Source: Klebsormidium nitens (lineage: Eukaryota; Plantae; Klebsormidiophyceae). From it: a stretch of DNA of 64,000 bases. A program made the translations under genes and the position numbers. Positions 12,985 to 23,776 of the stretch are shown one piece after another (the first letter of the stretch is position 1; the number at the start of each line of letters is the position of its first letter). Below the pieces are notes generated by a model that worked only from the letters and a program-made list of their open reading frames with translations, was not told where the DNA came from and ran no database searches. Where the stretch lies: the NCBI GenBank assembly GCA_000708835.1, contig DF237249.1, forward strand, positions 43,772 through 107,771, given 5' to 3'.

Positions 12985-15364
12985 ATGACGGCGTCAAGAG
13001 GGTGTCTTACCAGCATTTCGGCCCTGCTTCTCGTGATGGGCGCCAAGAACCAGGTGAGTCCAAGATGAGGTTTGCAATTTGATGGGTTCAGTGACGGTCG
13101 AAGTTCTCAGAAGTTTCTAAATCTTGTAAAGCAGATGGTATAGGGAAGGTCCGCTACAGGCCAGATGGTAGCAGCTTACAGCGGGTGTGTATCTATCTGA
13201 TGCCTGTTTCGAACCCTCACTTTCTTCTGCCTTGAGACTATTATATTGCTTTGAATGTTCTAAGGACAATTGTATAGCAGTCCGAGCACAGCTTACGTTG
13301 CAATCTGAACCGATTTATGTCAACGAGGGAATCGTGTAATTACATCTCTTTATCTCGATTTTGTCCTGTCGGTGCTAGGCGTCCGGAAACTCGCTCCAGG
13401 CCCTGGCGAGCGAGCGCAATTCCGGTGTCCGGAACAGTTCCGCTGTTCCGCGCAAGCTCCTCCAAACCCCCGCTCCAGGTGCGTTGCTTGGATTGCACCG
13501 GAGATGCATTCAAAGCGTTGTAAGGAGAAAAGTGAACGGCTGGTTTATCAGTTTAAGCTCAGCTAAGCAGGCTTTTCGAGAACCCGAGAACATAAAGCTC
13601 AGGGAAGAAAGGAACAGGCTCGAGTGGGACCAGGCTGGGCAAAGGAAAATTCCAGATAAGATGCTGGGAAGAAACTATTCGGTTTTCTCACGTGGCCCGC
13701 TCCAAATACCTTGAGCACCGAGCGTGCGATCGAGACTATTGCTTGGTTCTCACTGCACCTAACTTCAGCCCCCTTCCCTTAGTGAATGGAGCCTGCGTTT
13801 TGCATTGCTCAACAGAATGAGTGTAGAATGTCTTACTCCGCTAATCTTAGTGCCCTGGTGCATAGCCTACCGTCCTTGCTAACGTCTGTAGTGTTCTCGT
13901 CAGCCTATGACTTCAAGATCCAAACTGTAATACTGCGTAAGATCTCTTTCGAAGATTCTTTTATTTCCCCAGGTTCATCCCCTTTCTGCCCCGCCAACTT
14001 CATTCTCTGTACTTTCCTCGACATCCCATTGGGAATTCCACGACCGCCGCCCCTGTGTTGCCGGGCCTCAATCTGCCCAGTCCCCAGGGGCAACCTCGTG
14101 CAGTGCGTCTTAGTGTCAAGCCCTCGCACAGCTCCACCTGTTATCCCGACCACTCCGTCGCTTGCTCCGACGACCCCCACCCCAACCCCGGCGGCCTCTG
14201 CCCTCACCCCGGTCATACCGGTCCCGACCCCGACCACCCCGTCCCTAACCCCGGTTATTGTCCCTACTAACTCCGCCCCAATTTCGACCACCCCGGTCGT
14301 CCCGGCCCGCACCTCGACCGCCCCTAACCCTACCCCAACCACCCCCGCCCTTACCCCGGTCATACCGGCCCCGACTACCCCCGCCCTCACTTCGATCGCC
14401 CCTACCCCCATCCCGACTCGGACTACCCCTGCCATGACTCCGACTTCCCCTGCCCCAACCTCAACCACTCCTGTCCCTTCCCCGACCAGTTCCGCAACAA
14501 CTCCGACCATTCCGGCGCTTATCTTGACTACGTCCCCTACCCCTACCCCGACCATCCCAGCCCTTACCCCGACTACCCCTGGCTCCACCCCGACCATCCC
14601 GGCCATTTCTCTGCTCCCCGGTTTCCCAGCCTCGACCACTCCGAGAGCCACTCCGACCGTTATCCCTGCCGAAGGACCCGCCGTTCGACCGCCCCCAGTG
14701 GAGGTACTCGCAGGTACTTCCGCTGGAGGTTCCGCCAGTCCTGTTGAAGAAGGCCGGATTATCAAAGAGTTGCCACGAAACTGCGGCATTCAGTTTGCGT
14801 CCACGCGGGTCCGGGGGAAGGGGGATGAATCGTGCTTGTTTTGACGTAGGGAGACCGAACGTAGTCGTGCTATTTTCTGTACTTGGGCTCCGTTTTGAAG
14901 CTTTAGAAATCCTTGTTCTGTCTGTCGACTGACTTCACGTCGCCGAGGTAAACGCTGTTGACGTAACGGGAGTGCATCTGCTTTCGAGCACGCAAAAAAC
15001 GACAAAACAGAATGGACGTACGTGCGGGGTGGATCAACAGCTCCTACTTTCAGGGGAGGCAGCAGCGATTGTTGTTGGGAGTCTCGCTTGCATGAACCAG
15101 ATTTGCTTGACCCGCATCGCTTCCGTGCTTTCCCGCAGTATAGCTAACACGCCTCTCTTATGGCTGAGTGCAGGTAGTCCAACGTGCCTCAATAGTGGTC
15201 CCGCAGGAACGAAGTTCACCGGTGAATGCCCTAGTTCCTCGAACACAGATGTGCTGTGCTGCTCATTCATCGGCCCTTATTGCCCGGCCGATCCCCTTGA
15301 CGTAGAATTTGAAGTCGACCTCGGATTTTGCATCTTTTTCCCGCGTAAAATGATCCGGCCGTAG
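12985..15364 (+). CDS. Secreted glycoprotein: signal/pro-peptide, 6-Cys domain, long Pro/Thr-rich (HRGP/mucin-like) linker, second 6-Cys domain
   Basis: Exons 12985-13053 (MTASRGCLTSISALLLVMGAKNQ), 13379-13478 (...VPRKLLQTPAP), 13973-14713 (Cys domain + ~200 aa PT repeats) and 15174-15364 (CTAAC branch point upstream; Cys domain). Phases 0/1/1 are consistent. The exon 3 donor is the least certain boundary. Confidence 0.75.
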
Positions 15365-15483
15365 TAGCCGCCATGTAATCCAGCTCCTGGCTCCTTTACA
15401 CTGGGTCGATTATTGTGGAGCGCTGTCTTTCATTACAATCGCTAAATCAGAAAAGAATATGGATGTCGTGCGACTGATTGGAG

Positions 15484-16080
15484 TCAGGATACAGGCGCTA
15501 GCAAACGTTCTTCAAATAGAACAGGTTCGAGATTATAGAAACTTCCCAAGGCACTTAGAATTGGAGTTTGGCTGGCCAACGTGTCTAGTCTAAGTAAGAG
15601 TTTAAGCGGGCCTGTGCAAAGCCGCCCGGATCCAGAGAGTAAGCTAGCTTCGATAGGCAAAAGCGACAGACCTCTTTTCGGACACCACGTAGTTGTGAGG
15701 ACAAGAATATATATGCAACCCATGTACTAAGAGGATTCGTGTCTTGGCACAGCAACCATACCGTCAGAGAGGTCTTTGACGGCGCCGGAAAAGTGTGCTT
15801 GCAGAGCCACAAAAGGATGCTTTGAGTCAAAAGCTTTCCATTCTTGAAACATTTCTCTTTTTAGAAGGTTTGGATTGATCAAATAGCAGGCAGAATAAAT
15901 CTGCAGGTGTGAATATCTGAGACAAGAGGCTTGCATCAAGCGATCTTATGAATAATGTACAAATCTCTCAGGAGTTGAATCTCGTCCGTAGCTGACCCAT
16001 AAGCTTGTTGGACAAGTAAATAAGAATACGTTTCATGAAGATAAGTATATGCGTTATCCTTATGAAGTATACAGCTAGCA
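15484..16080 (-). pseudogene. Possible decayed spliced gene fragment of unknown product
   Basis: Exon-like blocks 16080-15963, 15900-15762 (CAG|IYSACYLINPNLLKREMFQEWKAF...DG|GTATGG) and 15611-15484 (CAG|GPLKLLLRLD...LLAPVS*). The last two join in phase; the first does not. Codons are unusually A/T-ending. No recognisable family. Confidence 0.3.
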
Positions 16081-16776
16081 CTGGAAAAGAAATGAAGTTC
16101 ATTACTTCTGCTCGCGAGCATGGAGCATCACGATCGATGCACGGATGCGGGAAATCAATTTAAGATGAATAATCCTCGTTGAGGGAGGTCTAACTACTCG
16201 AGAAACCCCAGGCAAACCGAATATGAAGAAAGTGACTGAACAAGGTTGACACAAATTCGGATTCATACGGATCAATTGAAAGGGTCGATGAATCGATTAC
16301 ACTCAGGCGGTGAGAGTGGCTGTTCCAAGTTGAGTTGGTAATCCTTAACGTACAGTTTCTACTTGGTAGCTGGCATGCAGCTGGTAATTAGCCCTCCTAA
16401 CTAAAATGTTTGTTCGTTGCATGATCCTCTACGGGGTAATGCACGCGAATGCGGCAAGGCCGTTGAAATTTAATTTAGCTTACGTTAGAAGTACGTCTGA
16501 TCAAAGCGAGCTCTTTGTGCTACTCTACTTCAACCACCCTCCACTCAGTCACTACAAATTCCTTCCAAGTCTTCATAGTTATATGGATCACTCATAGCCG
16601 GTCGGCAGCGGCTTTATGAACATTCTGAAGCCCCGCTTTCTCCATTTACAACCGCTGATTTACTCATAACACACAGTGACCGTGGGCTAAAATGCATTGA
16701 TTGTGGGCGAACTTGGCAGACTCGTCTTGGGCCCTAATTAAGAGCTCCTCTTGAACCCCTCTCTTAATATACATTC

Positions 16777-19700
16777 CTAGATGAAGCACACAAGCCCCCC
16801 GCTGCGCATGTTCTTGCACGACAGCTCGCCATCCACCGTCCATTCCGTCTCATCGACGGCCGAGAGGCCCAGCAGCTTGCGCGCGATGACGTTGATCTTG
16901 GAGAAGGCGCCGGCGCTCATGGGCCTGAAGCGCTTGTACGCGAAGTCGGTGCTGAGCAGGGATGACGTCATGTAGTCGACGTCCTTGCCCTCGACGACGT
17001 CAGCCTCGTCGAACTTGACGGCCGCGGCCTTGAGCGCCTCGGCGCGGTGCGCGGCGAACGTCTGACCCAGCGCGCCGTGGACGGTGCCTGCGAGAAGGAA
17101 GAACTAGACAGGGTGAGAAAACAGGACGAAAGAGCTAAAAGCAAAGGTCTGGCAGAGCGCGATTGAAATGTGCGTGAAGGATTGACATCGGGTGAGAGGA
17201 GAGGGAAAACACTTTGTGCTCAAAGCGAAGGTTTGGCCGAGCGCGCCTGCAAAAAGATAGCATATGCTTGAAGAAGAGCTATGATTTCAGAAGCTAGAAT
17301 AAATGATACGAAAGGGCGGAAACGTTGTCCCAGCGTGCCGTGGAACCAAGGGTGAAATAGAGAGGGGGAGAAGCGAGCAAGGGAGGTTCATGCGGAGGGC
17401 GCGAGACTGAAGAGCAGGGTTGGATACCACGGTGGCAGAAACAAGCCAAAGTTTCCAGACGACGAAAAGGTGAGCCAAATGCGAGGAGTTTGGAATGCAT
17501 GATTCTGGAGGCCACAGAAACTAATCTTGAATACCAATAGAGGGCGAGCCGGCAAAGAATGCTCCATGGACGTATAAAAGCAGACAGATACGGATACAAT
17601 TCGAGCGGACCAACTCTTGATACAAAAGCATGACAAGTTCTGCGTTGACTGGGACCAGCAGCGTCACGGCCTTTTTATAGTCAAGTTTGACCGGCGTGAC
17701 GTCTTCGGAGTACCGGAACACAAGCATGACAAGCACCGTCTCCCGAGAACTGGCACGCTGACGGTCCAGCCGCTGACGCACCGGTGACGTTAAGCTTGCT
17801 GATCCCGATGTCGATGTGGTTGCCCGCGGGGTGCTCGTGCGCCGCTGCCGTCACGATGACGTCAATGTGCTCGCGGATGCTGACGCGGAACGAGTAGGCG
17901 AACGGCGCGACTTTGATGGTGAGCCCTTCGTCTTCGAAGAGGGCCGCCTCCTGATTCAAGACGGAGGCGAGGAAGGACTCCGGGCGCAGCTCCTGGCCGT
18001 CGATCTGAATGACGAACGGCACGGATTCGGTGAAGGCGGCGGAGCCCTGCAGAGGGGAGGAAGGAGTCCTGTCAGCTGTGCAGGCAGGGATGACGCCAAA
18101 CAAATCATCGGGGGAAACTTTTGTCGGTCGGAAAAGAAAGCCGCGAGTTGGCTTTTAAGCAATTGTTTTTGCCCTTTCAAATTAGCAGGAGGAATGGACT
18201 TTCTTGACACCCGCGAGGCCATGCAAGTCAGGTCGCACCAAAGTCACTGGCAAGACGCCTGCGCGAGCCAGCTATACCCACGACAGTCTTCCTTTTCCGC
18301 CCCAACCTTTGATACGCACCGGCTTTGAGCGAAGGGTCATCAATATGGCCGTTAAAGTTCGCACGATGGAAGTCGATTATGTTTGCGGGCCTGTACACGA
18401 AGTTGGCCTTTCTTACAATTCAAAAACCCATAATGCAGGTGATGAGAGGAGCTCGAGGCAGCTTACCTCCTTGACGGTAAAGGTGGCGGAACGAACGCCG
18501 CCGTTTTCGGCCCACATAAAGCCGAGGGCGGACATCCAGGTGCCGTCGAAGCCGGTCTCGAGTCCGTCCTGGCCGATGAAGTGGGCGTTCATGGTTAGGC
18601 CTTGGTCGGTGATCAGGTTGAAGTCTCTGTCTGTGGGGCAAAAAGAGTGGGGTTAGTAGAGACGTACCGATTGCTGAAGACAGCTCACTCCAGTCGAGCT
18701 TAAACCTTGCTCAAGCGACTGATACTACTGCAAAGACTCATCTCAGACCGGTGCCCAAAAACTGCCGAGAAATCTTTTCACTGGGATATTTACTAGTGGT
18801 AGAACGTCATTTTGAGCCAGATTCAGAAGAGGACTTCTTTGCTGTTCAACACAGACTGATAATCGAGGGTTAATGTGAAAGAGCAAGGGGCTTACCAGGC
18901 AGGCCGTGGAAGTCGTAATGGATACCGAAAGCGCCGCGGAAGTGGGGGTCTGTCGGGAGAAGAAGGACACTTCAGAATCTTCAAGTCAGGCCAATGCTGC
19001 AGCAGATTGGAAGCCAACGAAGACAATCCTGGGTCAAACTTGTACACAGAATATGCATGCACATCACAGAAAGCTCCTTCAGAACTTCCGCTCATGAACT
19101 CGAGGGCCTAAAGAAGATGAGAAGAGGGCCCGGAGAAGATGAGAATTCCTTCAACTGACAATGTTGACCAATTGCCAAGCCCAGGGGAGTAACTGAAAAC
19201 TGGACACTCCAAATAAAGCTTGACAAGACAAAGCAGTCCTCACACCCTCACCCATAAAATAAAGACAAGCCACAGGAACCCTACGACTCTAGTGTTTCCC
19301 ACCCCATTTCCGGCCGGACAAGGGGCAGTAGTACCTCCAACCACTAAACTTCGAGCGGCACAGTCTTCCTAATCCGCAGAGAAAGAGCAAACTGACTCAC
19401 CGGCGCAAGCGCCAGTCGATTGCAGCTCGTCCGCCTTTGCCTTGGCGTTATCCTTGGGGGGGCCACACAGGCAGAACGTCTTAATGTTGCCTTTTCCCTC
19501 CTCCTTGCACGCCAACGTGCAGCAGTCGTCAATCCTTTGGCCCACGCCGTTCTTGCAGTCGCCGCAGGTGACGTACGCGTAGGCCTTCGCGCATGTGTCG
19601 ACGCTATGGCCCTGCAGAGACAGGAGGCCTCACAATGTGAACCATTCGTTCAAAAGTTCGGCCGGTGGTTCAAGCGTTTTGTTCAGTCGATTGGCTCTTG

Positions 19701-20215
19701 GGAAAGGCGGAGGGAAAGGGGCTCGAGCTGGAGTCTACTTAAGACACACAGGTCTGACACTCTTGCAGCTATGGATGACAGCTGTCAAGCCTAAAAACAG
19801 GACCAGTCAGGAACCTGCAAGACTCTGCACCCGACTGGTATTGGACCCCAAATCAATGAATCAGCGACCGTGGTGTTTGCCGACATTTCAGATGGCAGAA
19901 GGTCGTAACTACTGAAGAGAATGATCAAGCCTCTGAAGCAGCTGTGTCTCTGCTAGTTTCAGCGAGTGACTCGAACCTTCAAAGTGAAGTGCTCAAGCTA
20001 GAGAACGAGCAGAGAACTAGAGCTGGAAGATCCGCTTGATAAGCACTTCAGTCGCGCCGGCTCACCTGGATGTAAGTTGGGTCCCCATTGAGAGTGGCCA
20101 CACCGCCCTTGTCGCAGTCGTTAGTTCCCTTCTTGCAAATCTCGCAGTCGTTGGCAAAGGCAGAGACCGCGAAGAGAGAAAGGAGGAGCGCGGCGGTGAG
20201 AAGGCGGGGAGCCAT
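16777..20215 (-). CDS. Root-cap-domain / late-embryogenesis-related secreted protein with Cys-rich N-terminus, 6 exons
   Basis: Exons 20215-20066, 19611-19401, 18949-18896, 18630-18467, 18046-17782, 17087-16777, all in phase. Signal peptide MAPRLLTAALLLSLFAVSAFA. Family motifs: DPHFRGAFGIHYDFHG, DRDFNLITD..LTMNAHFIG, TWMSALG, VHGALGQTF, YMTSSLLSTDF..RF, terminal C-x8-C. Confidence 0.9.
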
Positions 20216-23200
20216 GGTGACAGCTGGCGAAGGATAAGCGCAACCGACGCTTGGTGACAAAAATTTGGAAGCTCTGAACCAACGAAGAGAGAATGGTGCG
20301 GTGAAGAGGGCTATGGCTTCGTTTATATACCTCGGAATTCGCTTGTGATGTGGCATGAGGTAGCAGCAAAAGCGGACCCTGAATTGACTTCGCAGACAGC
20401 TTTCGAAGGATTGACGGTAGGCAGCGGAACCGAATGGGTAAAATGAGTGCGCGAATATGACGTGACAGATAGTGAAATATGATTGCTCCGGAGCTGTCGG
20501 ACCCTCGGGCCGGACCCACATAAGGCCTGGCAAACATTTCGCGTTCGAGGTGATACTCGAGAAAAATAACGGGAGATTACAGATTGGTCGTGCGGTAGAC
20601 GGTGGACTGCGGAGCTCCGCTCTGGTCTGGCTCAGGTGTCAACATAGTGCGCAGATGACGTGACAGGTCGATGTCAGATCATATGATTGCTCCGGAGCCG
20701 TCGGAGCTCGGGGCGATCAACGCACGCTTGCAATCCTTCATCTACTCATGTCCGGATAGGACTCTGGAAGACGATCTTGAGGCCTTCACTTAGCGGGTCG
20801 TCAATGATTTACGCACGTACCAAGCCAGCTTCAAACGGGAGGTCACCGATCATTATGCGAAAATACATCTCATGCTAATCTGGACCGTCGATACTGGATT
20901 ATGCATGCATAAGATTCCCGTCTGCTCGACCAGCCAGCGGGCTCAAAAACTGGGCCGGGCAAACCGCCCCAACGCCCCTTGTCACACCATCTCGAAGTAC
21001 TACATACGTTACGCTGAGAGTGACTTCGTCCGGTATACTGGGCCGGTGTGCAATGGTCGAGCTCCCGGTCGGGTCCGGTCCATTGTTCCCTAAATGAGTC
21101 ACAGTAAGCTCGAGCTACATACAAGACTTGGAGGGTGGGGTTGGCAAGGGAGTTTAGGGTACTGGGTTCCCCGGTACGGCTGCGGAGCAGGTCGATTTGT
21201 GGGTTTACGCCAGAAATTGTGAGTTTACGCTTCTGGTGTTAGGTTGATCCCACTCATCATTTGAGCCTGTTATAACTAACGTAGCTTATTCATGTCCGGT
21301 CCAGAGTTCTGGACCAGCGGCCAGCTTGAGGGCACCGAAGGAAAGCTCTACGCGAAGAATGGGGCGGAGTACCGGTGTTGATCCAGACTGCATCCACTAG
21401 ATCCAATGTGGATTTGATTCAAAAGATTCGCTTGTCGGGTTCGACCTCCCAGGTTGTTACCTTTCCTGGGCCCTCAACAGGGCGTGTTGCCTACCCGGTC
21501 TCCTAGGGTTTTAACGGTCAAATCAAAATTTTCTTGACTTCCCTCCTCCAATTCCCTGAATGGGACCTCGCATTATTGAATGATTCGTCGAATCATTGGA
21601 AGATGCTGCTTAATTAAGCACCCCAAGCATGGCTAATCAGCTTCAACAGTGGTTCGCATGATTATTCCGTACTCTGGAGATACAGTTTGAACATCTTTGC
21701 AACGTACTAGCACTGAGTTGTGGTCCTTCAACAAGTCACTAGGACCAAATGAGAAAAGCGTCGGATCGGGTTGATCTAAGCTGTGACCCGAGAGTCCGAG
21801 AAGTAGCTGCCGCAACTGGGCAGCCTGAGGTCATCACCAGTTTTTGACCTGCCCAAATAGTGACTCAGAACGGCCAACTTTTGCCACCTTGACTAACAAT
21901 TTCTGGAAATAACAGTGCGAAATGAAAGTTCAAGGACACCACATGAATCTGATCATTGAGATGTGAGCCGCCCGGCCTTTGATTCCATGTCTGGAACTTC
22001 GACTGACATCGAAGTTGCCAAGTTGCAGTAAGCTAGCATTACTTGAGGTCAAACATTTCCTGCTCGAACTTCCTGTGTACTTTTACAATGTATTGATTCA
22101 GCATTGTTTTCAGGATGTGCTTTCGTGCTTTCGGATCACATACGCAAGCCTCTCGAGAGATCTCAAGAGCGAGCTTCATCGTGCGATCCCGAATGTTGAG
22201 ATCGGACAGACACACATGCATTAACGCGTCCTGTCTTGATCATGATCAGTCGAACATCATGCAGACGAATCACGATGCCGTAATTGCAAATGAAGACAAA
22301 GGATCCTTCTCCATATATTTGCGGCCGACCGTCTTTACAACATGCAACTCAAGCAAAGCTTGATTATCAATAGATTACAATATAGATGCACACTCACGTC
22401 ATGGCACCTGTGAATCATGCACTGAGTCGCAGCGGTTCTTTGCCAGCAAGTCCAGTATGCCCGGCGTGACTGTGTTGCGTTGATATATATGACATATTTG
22501 TTTATATGTGTAAGCATGAAATCGTAAACAGGGCCCAGCCGTCATCGGGCTAGTCAATCAACCCATAATTGAAGTCAAAACTGGCTTACCAGGGTCCATA
22601 CCAGGACAAAGTCTCCTTTTGACGACTCGGGGCGTTCTATGCTAGCACCCATGGTCGCAACATCTGCTGCAACCAACAGAGGCGAACGCTCAAAGAAGAA
22701 GGAACTGTCCACGTGTCCAGCATGGGAGTTCGGCGGTAGTCAAGGTTCAGACAGTCAGAACCCACTTTATAAGTATTCAAATACTGGCTTCAATTTGCCA
22801 GCTAGCGATCGAGCGGTGTATCTTTGGCTCGTCCAATCGAACGCACCTTGTTCAATTTGAGCAGCGATTCTGACCTCATACCTAAGCGAGCGCTGCGTAC
22901 GACAGCAGATTTGACATATACTGGTTCCGCTTGTTGACGAATTGGTGGGACAACCTAGCCGTAGAACGCAAAGTTGGAAAGAACAACCTCCGCGTCTAGC
23001 CCGCCAGATTGCCTGTGCCTGGTCTATCCTCGCTCAGGATGTAATAGTGCACAATTGTTGAATCAGCAGCAAAACGTAGCCAAAACAGCCTGCCTGCGCG
23101 CGATAAATGCAATCTACGATCCCGTGCTTTTTTCCACACTAGCTATACGGGAGCTATACTCTGACGCCTAGTCAATGGAGTCAATTACACTGAGCTAAGT

Positions 23201-23564
23201 TTCTAAGCGAATTCGTTCCTAAACCCTTTCCCTCTCGAACCTTTCAGGTAAACAGTTTCAGACCAATATAAGTCCTCGAGTGATCGAGGCCCTCAAGCGC
23301 CCTCCAGAAGTTCCCGCCACCTGTTACTCCTCTCATAAACCACTTGGCGATCCCATCCGCCCGGGGAACAAAATCGATCGCCTTCCGCATTGCATCCCAC
23401 AGACTGACTTTTGGCGACCCCGACCACCTGCGCCCTTCAAACCGTACCTGACCGCCCGCTGACGTCACCCCGGTTTAAAGATGCACTTTTGGGCCCCGCT
23501 CACACAAGACAACTTCAAACATCCGTAGAAGCGTGAGAAACGGTCGCTTTCCGCCCCGCCCGCA

Positions 23565-23776
23565 AGGCGACTCTGCAAGCCTGGTGGTAATACGCCCAGC
23601 CGCCCTTCTCAAACTTTCCCCCTCCTCTAAGGTGAGGCGACTCTCCACACCCCGACCAATCTCACCAGTGTTCTTCCTCTCCTTAAGTGAGGCGACTCTG
23701 CACGCCCGGTAGTTTGATCGCGGTCGCCCTCCCAGGGGGATCCCTCTCCTTAGGTGAGGCGACTCTGCACGCCCGG
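23565..23776. repeat. Four copies of a ~27-30-bp motif (TAAGGTGAGGCGACTCTGCACGCCCGG) separated by dissimilar spacers; the last copy encodes the GDSL C-terminus PGVQSRLT*
   Basis: Copies at ~23565, ~23628, ~23679 and ~23747, read directly. Confidence 0.8.

Noticed and set aside
13905-14789. 294-aa Gly/Val-rich ORF on the minus strand
   Set aside because: Antisense shadow of the Pro/Thr repeat exon.
19330-19369. Short downstream exon for the Cys-rich root-cap exon 2
   Set aside because: It would need a ~32-nt intron; the phase-1 exon at 18949 gives the conserved DPHF motif instead.
23565-23776. CRISPR array call for the repeat-spacer structure
   Set aside because: Eukaryotic context, no cas genes, degenerate non-palindromic repeats, and one repeat is the GDSL coding end. 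Kept as a repeat.
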